IMG/VR virus record: IMGVR_UViG_3300045970_000109 | Span: 1-52,201 of that record | Source of the DNA: a virus | Lineage: Duplodnaviria > Caudoviricetes | Strand: one strand, 5' to 3' | Length of the DNA stretch: 52,201 nt | Shown: positions 20,342-28,513 of the stretch, piece by piece | Position numbering within the stretch: the stretch's first letter is position 1 | How the letters are laid out: every line of letters starts with the position of its first letter | Made by a program: the position numbers and the translations under genes | Notes under the pieces: model-generated | What the model saw: only the letters and a program-made list of their open reading frames with translations | The model's database searches: none | Told to the model about the DNA's origin: nothing

Positions 20342-20656
20342 CTAACAAGGGATGATTTCAAACATGTGTTTCTTAGAAAAGTGAACATCGGCCATGTCCG
20401 AGGCTTCAAATACAGCGTTCATGAAGGTTAGCTTATCATAGTCTGTTCTCTTAGGATTATAAGAGAGTCTCCTACGAACAAACCAGCCAGCCTGTTCTTC
20501 TGTGTTAAAATAAATAATACCGCCCTGGATGGCGGTATCGTTGAAGTGTGCGATGTCATCTTGCACTTCTCTTGGTACTAATTTCTGACTGGGATACCTA
20601 TAGTTTCTAGGCCATCTAATGTCAGAGCCTGTCGTAAGACAGAGTATCTTGAACAT
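20342..20656 (-). CDS. LYLPTG-family paralog (divergent)
   Basis: FKILCLTTGSDI ... HMFEII. Confidence 0.6.
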   Translation of the reverse strand: MFKILCLTTGSDIRWPRNYRYPSQKLVPREVQDDIAHFNDTAIQGGIIYFNTEEQAGWFVRRRLSYNPKRTDYDKLTFMNAVFEASDMADVHFSKKHMFEIIPC

Positions 20657-20675
20657 ACTGTCTCCTTGTAAAGAT

Positions 20676-20758
20676 TGGTGCGTCTGGATGGACTCGAACC
20701 ACCGATACCGAAGTGGGGCGTTTACAGCGCCCTGCGATAGCCACTACGCGACAGACGC
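20676..20758 (-). tRNA. tRNA-Tyr(GTA)
   Basis: GGGCG-CTGTAAA-CGCCC arm, long variable arm, TTCGAG T-loop, CCA. Confidence 0.92.
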
Positions 20759-20777
20759 TTAGTGTGTTATTACAGTC

Positions 20778-21087
20778 TTATGTAAGAACTACTTGATGTG
20801 ATTGAATAATAACTATACTTTTATTCATTACCAGACTATTCCTGATAGTCACTTCGTCAATAGCTCTTACATAAAACTTGAAGTCCCGACCTCTAGCTTT
20901 GGCGATCTGGACTTCATCAGTTTTACTTGAAGCATTAGTCCTCGTTTAAATGAAGACAACTTGCCTCGTCAGTATACTTGTAGCTCTTGGGTTGCATTTT
21001 ATGCTTCAGTCCGAGCTTCGGCAGTATAAGATGCCTTGCAGTGTTTTGTTCGGCTTATAAGCTTACTAGAGCACTCCAGCATCAGCA
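20778..21087 (-). ncRNA. putative structured ncRNA(s) between tRNAs
   Basis: consecutive long stems TTATGTAAGA/TCTTACATAA, TGAAGTCC/GGACTTCA, TGAAGCAT/ATGCTTCA; no ORF. Confidence 0.5.
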
Positions 21088-21097
21088 TTTCAAAGAT

Positions 21098-21174
21098 TGG
21101 TCCGGGTAGCAAGATTTAAACTTGCGGTCTTCTGCTCCCAAAGCAGACGGATTATCAGGCTTTCCTATACCCGG
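21098..21174 (-). tRNA. tRNA-Pro(TGG)
   Basis: TCTGC-TTTGGGA-GCAGA arm, C1-G72, CCA; variant T-loop TTTAAAT. Confidence 0.88.
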
Positions 21175-21178
21175 GTTA

Positions 21179-21256
21179 TGGTTGGGATGCTAGGATTCGA
21201 ACCTAGGAAATAATGGAGTCAAAGTCCACCGCGATTGACCGCTACGCCACATCCCA
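21179..21256 (-). tRNA. tRNA-Gln(TTG)
   Basis: GTGGA-CTTTGAC-TCCAT arm, U1-A72, CCA. Confidence 0.92.
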
Positions 21257-21317
21257 ATTGATGCTTATACAATATTAAATAGGCCACAATAGGCCACAAT
21301 TAATTATTGAGGCTATT

Positions 21318-21731
21318 ATGACTACACGAATTTGTCAAAAATGCAACCAAGAAAAACAACTTAATGATTTTGCTAAAGATAAAAATAAACCGCTTGGTTA
21401 TGATTATAGATGTAAGTCATGTAAACTAAAACCCGGTGTATTAAAACGTAGGCCAAGAGGTTTAACAAGTGCATCTAAAAAAGAATCTTGGAGGCGTTAT
21501 AAGTTTCCAAAAGACGTGTGTGATAGACTAGAAACTAATAATTTTTGTGCTGTTTGTGGGAAAACCCCAGAACAGAATAAAAAAGCTTTAGCTGTAGATC
21601 ATAATCACACTACTGGTCTAATTAGAGAGCTTTTGTGTATCCAATGTAACTTAGTTTTAGGCCTTGTTAAAGAAGATTTAAACCTTTTAAGGAGTTTGAT
21701 TGTTTACCTCAATAAACATCATGGGCTCTAA
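21318..21731 (+). CDS. endonuclease VII-like HNH homing endonuclease
   Basis: CxxC pairs, LAVDHNHTTGLIRELLCIQCNLVLG. Confidence 0.9.
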   Translation: MTTRICQKCNQEKQLNDFAKDKNKPLGYDYRCKSCKLKPGVLKRRPRGLTSASKKESWRRYKFPKDVCDRLETNNFCAVCGKTPEQNKKALAVDHNHTTGLIRELLCIQCNLVLGLVKEDLNLLRSLIVYLNKHHGL

Positions 21732-21745
21732 TAATTAGAGCCCAT
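21721..21745. terminator. 10-bp perfect inverted repeat at end of endonuclease gene
   Basis: ATGGGCTCTA-ATAAT-TAGAGCCCAT between convergent units. Confidence 0.5.
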
Positions 21746-21879
21746 TAAAGTAGAACATGCAACTTAATCGGCCTATGTAGTAATAGGAGGATATTGCTGT
21801 GGTTGGGGTTGATTGCCGATGTGTCGCATACTCGTTCTCTATATTTAATTACATCGGACTATATGCGACCTAACCGAAA

Positions 21880-22173
21880 CTAATTTATTGCAATAACTCT
21901 ACCGTAGATGGTCTTTGTCCAACCATTCTCCCAGCCTTTGTTATTGGCAATCATATAGCCTTTGTTAGCATCAATCTTTGTAATCTTGTGGGCGTCAATG
22001 TATCTGCCCTTGACCTTACAGAACACAATGTCACCTATCTCGTAGCTATCAAAAGCCTTGAAAGTCAGCGTAGACCCACTCTTGAGGATAGGTAACATTG
22101 AATTTCCGAAACAGGTCATCTGGGCTTCCTTACCCTTAGCCAGTTCCGCCTTACAGTGTTCGTATTTACTCAT
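21880..22173 (-). CDS. S24/S26 peptidase-like protein
   Basis: GNSMLPIL, GDIVF, AHKI, IYGRV. Confidence 0.7.
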   Translation of the reverse strand: MSKYEHCKAELAKGKEAQMTCFGNSMLPILKSGSTLTFKAFDSYEIGDIVFCKVKGRYIDAHKITKIDANKGYMIANNKGWENGWTKTIYGRVIAIN

Positions 22174-22240
22174 TTAATAACCTTAGTAGAAACCCAACTG
22201 GCCCAACGAACTAACGTGTAGTAGACTACTTCATACCATT

Positions 22241-22618
22241 TCATAGCTCACTCCAATCTTCTTCGTTAATAACGCCGCCCATGCAGGCAGACTCATAGAG
22301 TTTATTATGTTTGTCTTTGATTTCTACACCTTCTGGACTTGTGTAAGTTCCAGAAGCCCACATAAGGTCATAACATAACTTATATGCTTTAAGGATATCA
22401 AGAAACTCCTCGGGAGTAAAGACAATATCACAACCTTTAGTAGGATGTTCCTTCCTATATGCCTCTTGTTCCTCTTCCCTCAATGCCTGATAAGCAGCAA
22501 ACACAATCTGGTAAAACTTACCCATGATATCAAGTCTAGTCTTTTCAGGAGTATTTAAATCAAACTCCGTCTCCAGGAATAACTTAACAAACTCCTCTTT
22601 AGTCAATATACTAGCCAT
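22241..22618 (-). CDS. hypothetical protein
   Basis: 125 aa ORF. Confidence 0.6.
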   Translation of the reverse strand: MASILTKEEFVKLFLETEFDLNTPEKTRLDIMGKFYQIVFAAYQALREEEQEAYRKEHPTKGCDIVFTPEEFLDILKAYKLCYDLMWASGTYTSPEGVEIKDKHNKLYESACMGGVINEEDWSEL

Positions 22619-22817
22619 TTGTAATCCTTATATGAGGGTTATTAGCAAATGGCGAATCTTTTACTAAGTTAGTAAATCGTTCCGCCTCTTCCTCTGTTAG
22701 AGGACCTTCTGCCTGAACAAAGACCTGAACTGCCTCAACTAAAGTGCTCTTATCTAAGAGTCCGTTCTCAGCAAGAGCCAACGGGATTTGAATATTACCT
22801 CTACCATTTACAGACAT
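22611..22817 (-). CDS. hypothetical protein
   Basis: 68 aa ORF. Confidence 0.55.
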   Translation of the reverse strand: MSVNGRGNIQIPLALAENGLLDKSTLVEAVQVFVQAEGPLTEEEAERFTNLVKDSPFANNPHIRITNG

Positions 22818-22985
22818 TTAGGATTGTCCTCATTCTCAAACTTACGGTTAAGGTCAATAAGTCTATGAACAGCCTCAACCATAAGATCCTCTCTCATGGC
22901 TATGCTAGCTATCCGTAACTTGTTAATTTGCTCTAGGTATAATGCTATCCTATCAGCCTTCTTAGTATAGCGTCTTCTAGCCATC

Positions 22986-23318
22986 TCACACCTTGCAGGG
23001 TTTGATGTCGAAGATTACCTCATGAAGTTTGATAGTCCTGACATATTCATCTTTCAACCAGATGGCGTCCTTATCCTGAAACCCAGTAAACCCGCCTTGT
23101 GTGTACAGATACATGCGAGGGCGATTATTTGGGTTAAAGTTATTAGGATCGTTTCCGCTTAAGATGTAGTTCTTAACTTCAGCTATCTTAGCCTTAGCCT
23201 TACCACTATACATCTTAGCGTCTTTAAGGTTATCAGTCCAGTAACATACTCCAGAGTCCATTCTGAAATACATTACACCGTCAACCTCAATTGAGACTAC
23301 AGTCTTGATCTTCCTCAT
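22986..23318 (-). CDS. hypothetical protein
   Basis: 110 aa ORF with GGAGG. Confidence 0.6.
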   Translation of the reverse strand: MRKIKTVVSIEVDGVMYFRMDSGVCYWTDNLKDAKMYSGKAKAKIAEVKNYILSGNDPNNFNPNNRPRMYLYTQGGFTGFQDKDAIWLKDEYVRTIKLHEVIFDIKPCKV

Positions 23319-23554
23319 GGTTCCTCCACTAAAGCTGATTGCAGCTTCTCGATTTCCTTGTTGATATAATGCACAGCAACTTGGTTGATTTGCTCAACTG
23401 TTGCAAAGGTGCCAAGATGCTTACCTGTAAAGGCATGTCCTATGAATAAGATCTTGTCATCATTACGCAGATCCCAGTAATACCAAAGGCCCGTATTGTT
23501 TACGGAATAGCCCTTACAACCGCACTCACAATATTCCCACTTAGGTTTTAACAT
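23315..23554 (-). CDS. hypothetical protein (CxCxC)
   Basis: 79 aa ORF with AGGAGG. Confidence 0.6.
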   Translation of the reverse strand: MLKPKWEYCECGCKGYSVNNTGLWYYWDLRNDDKILFIGHAFTGKHLGTFATVEQINQVAVHYINKEIEKLQSALVEEP

Positions 23555-23575
23555 AGTGCCTCCTATAACAACTAA

Positions 23576-23596
23576 AGCCCAGCGAGGTGCTGGGCT
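23576..23596 (-). terminator. intrinsic terminator after Hsp20
   Basis: AGCCCAGC/GCTGGGCT hairpin followed by T-rich tail. Confidence 0.55.
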
Positions 23597-23622
23597 AGTT
23601 GTAGACTCTGACGAAGTTGTTG

Positions 23623-24048
23623 TTAGCTGATCTGGATCTTCTTTGCTTTCTTTTCTTCAGGTAGGATTTCTTCCAACTCAATAGACAGAAGGCCGTCCTT
23701 AAAAGTAGCAGTCTTAACGATCACAGTCTCAGCTACAACAAACTGCTTAGAGAATGATTTTTTGGTGATACCGTGATGGAGATACTTAGGCTTCTCAGTG
23801 CCAGTAGCTTTTGGCTTCTGGTGAGAAACAGTAAGAACACCATCTTTGTGTTCGATGTCAATGTCCTGCTTGGCATAGCCAGCAAGAGCTAGTTCAATGA
23901 TCCAAGTAGAGTCAGTAGGCTTCAAGATATTATACTTAGGGAAGCCTGAATCATCTGATTCAATGAAGTTCTCAGCGAAATTGAAGAAATCATTCAATCC
24001 GATGGCGAGAGGTTTAATGGTAGTAAAGGTTTGTTTGTATGAATACAT
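23623..24048 (-). CDS. small heat-shock protein (Hsp20/IbpA-like)
   Basis: FPKYNI, IELALAGY, YLHHGI, FKDGLLSIEL, C-terminal IQI. Confidence 0.92.
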   Translation of the reverse strand: MYSYKQTFTTIKPLAIGLNDFFNFAENFIESDDSGFPKYNILKPTDSTWIIELALAGYAKQDIDIEHKDGVLTVSHQKPKATGTEKPKYLHHGITKKSFSKQFVVAETVIVKTATFKDGLLSIELEEILPEEKKAKKIQIS

Positions 24049-24050
24049 AT

Positions 24051-24110
24051 GAACTCCTGTTAAGCAAGTTATTCGTTGGGCCCTTGCGGCACCCTTTATT
24101 AATGAACTCG
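24051..24110 (-). promoter_or_regulatory. ROSE-like RNA thermometer in Hsp20 5' UTR
   Basis: AACUUGCU-UAAC-AGGAGUU: UUGCU opposite the SD; upstream GGGUGCC-GCAA-GGGCCC hairpin. Confidence 0.6.
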
Positions 24111-24118
24111 TCAAAGTC

Positions 24119-24454
24119 TCATCTATAATTTAATTCTACTTTTTCGTAATGCTGTGGTATGCTAGGTAACACAATTTCGTTACGCTGTATTACCTCGTAG
24201 GTAGAAGTAAACCTCCACTTCCCAGGGTCACTTGTTCGCAACTTATCGTTGACCCTATCAACCATTGCTTCTACTGTATAGTTCCTAGGGATTGTAATAT
24301 CAGTAGGATCATCTGACCACTGAATGTATTCTCCTGTAGGAAGATACAATAGAGCATATAGCCTTTTACCTTTACCCTTCAACTTCTTAAGGTTAGCTGG
24401 AACCTTACTACGAAGTCTTCTTTCTCTACAATCAGAACAGTGACAATGTATCAT
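24119..24454 (-). CDS. LYLPTG-family paralog
   Basis: YALLYLPTGEYIQWSD ... IPQHYEKV. Confidence 0.7.
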   Translation of the reverse strand: MIHCHCSDCRERRLRSKVPANLKKLKGKGKRLYALLYLPTGEYIQWSDDPTDITIPRNYTVEAMVDRVNDKLRTSDPGKWRFTSTYEVIQRNEIVLPSIPQHYEKVELNYR

Positions 24455-24723
24455 CGCTTAACCAAGTGAAAGTGGGCTGGTATTACTGGGAAGATGTAAT
24501 CTTGTTCTCCATCATCACCTAAGATCATAGAAAGAACATGACCGCTTGGAGCGCCTGCATTTAAGGTTTCGCAGAGCCTGTTGATACTGAAATCCTTAGA
24601 TACAGTTACAATCTCAAGGGTATCTGACCATTTAAGACATTCTCCAGTCGGTAGATACAGAACTGCATAAGGAAATCCATCGCTGTCAAAAGGATTAAAA
24701 TTGGACCTCGACATAGTTTTCAA
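24451..24723 (-). CDS. LYLPTG-family paralog
   Basis: YAVLYLPTGECLKWSD ... IPAHFHLV. Confidence 0.7.
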   Translation of the reverse strand: MKTMSRSNFNPFDSDGFPYAVLYLPTGECLKWSDTLEIVTVSKDFSINRLCETLNAGAPSGHVLSMILGDDGEQDYIFPVIPAHFHLVKR

Positions 24724-25894
24724 ACCTCATGAGGTCATCATACTTATCAAGAGCTTGGTGATAGGTAAGCTCAGCAATGCCTTCAAAAGGATTGATATCA
24801 CCTAGAACCAAGGTTTTTGCGCCAGCGTGTGGCAGAACATCCAAGATTCTTCGCTTAACAGAGAAGGCCTTCTTGACTGCGTTGAATCTAGTCTCACTAA
24901 AAGCCTCGTCAGGGCTTAGCTCGAAAAAGTTTCGGTAAACATTTTTCAGTTTTCCTATGTTGTCCTCGGTAGTAGAGGCGAAAAACATTGGGAGACAGCG
25001 TTCACCGATATAAACAGCTTCCCCGGCGCTGTAATAGGACAATCCACGCTTCTCGCGGATCTCATCGTACAGAGGAGCTTCAAGACCGCCGTTAATACAG
25101 CCAATCAAGAAACTCATTACCTGAATGTCCTTGACATCAGCTGGCATCTTACCAAGAAGACCTACTAGAGTCTTGCTGTCCTTTGGTACAACTTCCTGAA
25201 GAAGATCGTACTCACCGAACTTGATGTGATCAGGGTTCTTAGTAGCATACATCATGCCATCACTAGTTCCACTAACCATAGCACCTTCTACAAGGTTGCC
25301 ATGCATTGCGGTATTAGGGAAAGCAAAATCAGGCTTAATGAACTCTTCACCAACCTGACAGATGATAGAAGGTAGTGTGAATTCAGCAGCTCTTACCAAG
25401 GATTGTTCGTAAGTGAAAGACTCAATATCACTCTTGATGCCAATAGCGCCAGTATAATTATAATGCTTACGCATAAGGTTGTAGTAAAAACCCGACTCTT
25501 GACTGTTGAACATGTCTCCGTATTCCTGGAGGACGGTGCTCTTCTCAGACTCAAACGCTTCCTTCGTCCACGGTTCCAATCCAGGCTTCGTAATCTTCTC
25601 ATATAGCCTTTCAACAACAGTCTTAAGCTCTTCAGTAAGACCAGAGAAATAGAAAACTACCTGATTGTCAGAGGTGAAAGCGTTGTGGTCGATGCTAAGA
25701 GAAGTAAGTTCTTCGCGCATATCATCGAATGGTTTACACATTAGGTGTTCCATTAGATGACTAGTACCACGAATACCAGGAGTCTCAAAGAAACCACCAG
25801 TCTGTCTATAAGCTAGGCCGAATAGGCCCATCTCAATCTTATTCGGGATGAACACATTCTTCTTGAATGGTACTAGCTTCATTGGTTTCGTCAT
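24695..25894 (-). CDS. M16 (insulinase-family) zinc peptidase
   Basis: GTSHLMEHL (HxxEH), NAFTS, EIREKRGLSY. Confidence 0.9.
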   Translation of the reverse strand: MTKPMKLVPFKKNVFIPNKIEMGLFGLAYRQTGGFFETPGIRGTSHLMEHLMCKPFDDMREELTSLSIDHNAFTSDNQVVFYFSGLTEELKTVVERLYEKITKPGLEPWTKEAFESEKSTVLQEYGDMFNSQESGFYYNLMRKHYNYTGAIGIKSDIESFTYEQSLVRAAEFTLPSIICQVGEEFIKPDFAFPNTAMHGNLVEGAMVSGTSDGMMYATKNPDHIKFGEYDLLQEVVPKDSKTLVGLLGKMPADVKDIQVMSFLIGCINGGLEAPLYDEIREKRGLSYYSAGEAVYIGERCLPMFFASTTEDNIGKLKNVYRNFFELSPDEAFSETRFNAVKKAFSVKRRILDVLPHAGAKTLVLGDINPFEGIAELTYHQALDKYDDLMRFENYVEVQF

Positions 25895-26177
25895 TCTTAC
25901 TCTCCTTTAGGGGTGGATGTATCCGCTGGAATACAAAGTGACACGGTTTCGCCGTGTAGGGTGTAATCTCATTACGCTTGAAGAACTCCACAGGGAATTG
26001 TCCAGCGATAATGCGACTCAGAATGACCTTCAGGTCAGACCGATTCTTAGCTAATACATGCCATGTAAAAGGCACGTTCTGTGCAGTCTTGGGTGTAGGG
26101 TGCGCTGGCCCAAGCACTTCAATCAACTTCCCAGCAGGAAGATAGAGCAGATGATACTTCTTTCTCTTACTATTCAT
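25839..26177 (-). CDS. LYLPTG-family paralog
   Basis: start MNSK after GGAGG; YHLLYLPAGKLI ... RNEI..PCHFVF. Confidence 0.65.
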   Translation of the reverse strand: MNSKRKKYHLLYLPAGKLIEVLGPAHPTPKTAQNVPFTWHVLAKNRSDLKVILSRIIAGQFPVEFFKRNEITPYTAKPCHFVFQRIHPPLKESKNDETNEASTIQEECVHPE

Positions 26178-26351
26178 ACTACCTCCTAGTAGGGTTAGGA
26201 AATGTTCCGAATGGAACTGTTGGTTCCCACATATCACGAAGAAAGTCTTTATGGCACCAACCATAAAAGATAGGGTTGTTATTCCATTCTAACCAAAGCT
26301 CTCTTCTACTAAACTTTAGGTTATCGTAAAACCCAGGTGCCATACTATCTC

Positions 26352-26585
26352 CTAAGGTATGATCTTGGTAACGATTAGAAGGCGTCCAGGATAGTTAACA
26401 GGTTGTTTACTACCACCTACATATATTCTACCACAGTCAATTTTAGTTACTTCGACGATTTCGATACTGGAGGCTCTACCACTAGTACAAGCCCTAACAA
26501 CATTATCACCAATTTCGAATTCGTTACCTAACAGATCTACAGGATCTGTTGCATTCCACTTAGTTTGTACTACTCTCTGAACCAT
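26352..26585 (-). CDS. hypothetical protein (SH3/KOW-like pattern)
   Basis: DLLGNEFEIGDNVV. Confidence 0.55.
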   Translation of the reverse strand: MVQRVVQTKWNATDPVDLLGNEFEIGDNVVRACTSGRASSIEIVEVTKIDCGRIYVGGSKQPVNYPGRLLIVTKIIP

Positions 26586-26658
26586 AATGCTCCTTGTTGG
26601 GTTGTTAATAGCAATTAAAAATGCCCTCGAAAGGGCGAAGGGTAATAGAATTAAATAT

Positions 26659-27360
26659 ATGATTTATGATAATGAAACCCTTCGCCAACTTATAACCAAG
26701 TATAAGAGTAGAGAGCAAGTTCCTCTTATTTGCAGCTCCTGTGAAAGAACGTTTACAAAACAGAAGAATGAGATTCAGTGGGTATTAAAAAGAAAACCGA
26801 CAAGTGTTATAACTTGTTCTCCTGCTTGTGGATCACGGCTAAATAGAGTTGACAGAATTACTAAGTTCTGTGTAAACTGTAGTATTTCTATAGTAAGAAA
26901 AGCTTCTGAAGAGGTTGGTAATTCTTTTTGTTCTTCTAAATGCTCTGCTACTTATAGTAACACACACAAAACAACCGGAACTAGGCGCTCTAAATTAGAG
27001 ACTTGGTTAGAACAACAACTAATCTCACTATACCCTAACTTAGCCTTCCAGTTCAACATGAAGGATACCATTCAATCTGAGTTGGACATCTATATCCCAA
27101 CTCTTAAGTTAGCTTTTGAGCTAAATGGTATCTTTCATTATGAACCTATATATGGTGTTGAGAAACTTGCTTCTATATTAAACAATGATACACGAAAGTT
27201 TCAAGCTTGCTTAGAACATGGTATTGAACTATGTATTATTGATAGCAGCAAGCAAAAGTATTTTACTGAAAAAAGTAGCCAGCAGTTTTTGACTATCATA
27301 GAGACTATAATCAGTCAAAAACTACTGGCGATGCAGAGAGTATCCGATTCGAACGGATGA
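26659..27360 (+). CDS. Zn-finger + PD-(D/E)xK (DUF559-like) free-standing endonuclease
   Basis: CxxC...FCSSKC repeats; ELDIYIPTLKLAFELNGIFHY. Confidence 0.8.
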   Translation: MIYDNETLRQLITKYKSREQVPLICSSCERTFTKQKNEIQWVLKRKPTSVITCSPACGSRLNRVDRITKFCVNCSISIVRKASEEVGNSFCSSKCSATYSNTHKTTGTRRSKLETWLEQQLISLYPNLAFQFNMKDTIQSELDIYIPTLKLAFELNGIFHYEPIYGVEKLASILNNDTRKFQACLEHGIELCIIDSSKQKYFTEKSSQQFLTIIETIISQKLLAMQRVSDSNG

Positions 27361-27419
27361 ACCTTTTGGGTTAATAGTTTTCTAGACTATCGGATTAAGC
27401 CGGGCTCTCCCAACTCTCT
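27334..27419 (-). tRNA. tRNA-Ser(AGA), A34, no encoded CCA
   Basis: ATAGT-CTAGAAA-ACTAT arm, long variable arm, G73. Confidence 0.8.
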
Positions 27420-27432
27420 TAGATTTTATGTT

Positions 27433-27505
27433 CAAGACTCTTGTTAGGTGTTCTGTTCCTAACTTTACTGCTCTGGTAGAATAGATAGATGCTGGTAAGA
27501 GTCTT
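27433..27505 (-). ncRNA. CAGCAA-stem (Y-like) RNA copy
   Basis: AAGACTCTT-AC-CAGCATC ... AAGAGTCTTG. Confidence 0.65.
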
Positions 27506-27516
27506 AATTGTATTGC

Positions 27517-27578
27517 CAAGACTTCCATAGGCCGAAGCCATCTGTATAAGAGGGTGTTTGCTGAATTGACGAAGTCTT
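27517..27578 (-). ncRNA. CAGCAA-stem (Y-like) RNA copy
   Basis: AAGACTTC-GTCAATT-CAGCAAAC ... GAAGTCTTG. Confidence 0.65.
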
Positions 27579-27650
27579 CTTGCGATGAGGTCTTTAAGTG
27601 CTATGAAGCGTAGCCAAATACTAACGGCTGTGTTTAAAAGGTGACCTCAT

Positions 27651-28241
27651 TTATAACATTTTGATATTACGGTGATTGTTCATACTGAAATAATCATGCA
27701 TCACAGCAACTGCTGTAATACTGTTATTCATATCAGGCTCTCGCCAGTCAGTATGGTAATTCCAGTTATGAGAACCTTTGTAGTAGAACCTTCTAGTAAT
27801 TTCATCGAAGGACCTAGCATACTTATCAGGCTCTGTTTGTAAAAGAACTAAGGTTCCATTTGTCCAAGGTGCAAAGGGGTGTTCCTTTAAGAACTGTGCA
27901 GCTGCGTGTGCTGATTGGACAGCTTTCTGTGACTCTGATAGTTCGTGGTCACAAATGATATACAGCTTCTTCGCTCCTGGATTGTCAAAGTAGGTCTTCC
28001 ATGAATCAATGCGCTCCCTAAGTTGAGCATTCTTATCAGTCGATATTCTGCACTGAAGTTTGTTTGGATTCTTGGAAGGTGTTTCAATAGGACCCTTGTG
28101 CGTTCTATGCATACCTCTTAGCTCACTCATTGCAATGTGCAATGCTCTGTAACGAAGTGTATCATGTCCTGCAAGGGTCTTTAAAAGAAGCTTAGCTTTG
28201 TTCCAAGCTTCCTTTTGTTCGGGTGTAAAAGTAGTCGCCAT
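27651..28241 (-). CDS. protein with C-terminal peptidyl-tRNA hydrolase 2 (Pth2)-like domain
   Basis: KLYII...LS.SQKAVQSAHAAAQF, TLVLL, WREPDMNNSITAVA; start MATT after GGAG. Confidence 0.7.
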   Translation of the reverse strand: MATTFTPEQKEAWNKAKLLLKTLAGHDTLRYRALHIAMSELRGMHRTHKGPIETPSKNPNKLQCRISTDKNAQLRERIDSWKTYFDNPGAKKLYIICDHELSESQKAVQSAHAAAQFLKEHPFAPWTNGTLVLLQTEPDKYARSFDEITRRFYYKGSHNWNYHTDWREPDMNNSITAVAVMHDYFSMNNHRNIKML

Positions 28242-28286
28242 GTTATTCTCCATGAAATAGGCAGTTATTAATCAAGTCAATAACGG

Positions 28287-28328
28287 CTATTATCATGGTG
28301 GTCTAGTTGATACCTAGAGCTTCTTCAT
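28287..28328 (-). promoter_or_regulatory. amber-interrupted leader ORF MKKL*VSTRPP*** paired with downstream RBS
   Basis: AAGGAG RBS; ATG AAG AAG CTC TAG GTA TCA ACT AGA CCA CCA TGA TAA TAG; CCATGA pairs with TCATGG at the RBS. Confidence 0.7.
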
Positions 28329-28365
28329 AGGATACTCTCCTTATACATAATTGTTATATCGTGAG

Positions 28366-28441
28366 TGGTGGCTCTGGCGGTAGTCGAAACCGCGATAAAA
28401 GGTTTAGAGTCTCCTGCTTTGGGCCGCTAAGCTACAGAGCC
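28366..28441 (-). tRNA. amber suppressor tRNA (anticodon CTA)
   Basis: GGCTCTG/CAGAGCC-A-CCA acceptor, loop CTCTAAA, weak stem GGAGA/CCTTT. Confidence 0.8.
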
Positions 28442-28447
28442 AATATT

Positions 28448-28504
28448 CAAGACACAGTTTTGCTTTTTCCAATAAAAAGTTTTTTGAGTTGCTGGATGTG
28501 TCTT
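28448..28504 (-). ncRNA. CAGCAA-stem (Y-like) RNA copy
   Basis: AAGACACA-TC-CAGCAAC ... CTTTTT/AAAAAG hairpin ... TGTGTCTTG. Confidence 0.75.
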
Positions 28505-28513
28505 ACATTTTTT

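Noticed and set aside
20877-20925. CUGAUGA as a hammerhead core (also at 50649 on the plus strand)
   Set aside because: No GAAA after stem II and no three-stem geometry.
21278-21300. Tandem 10-bp duplication AATAGGCCAC
   Set aside because: Only two copies; probably slippage or an insertion scar with no sign of function.
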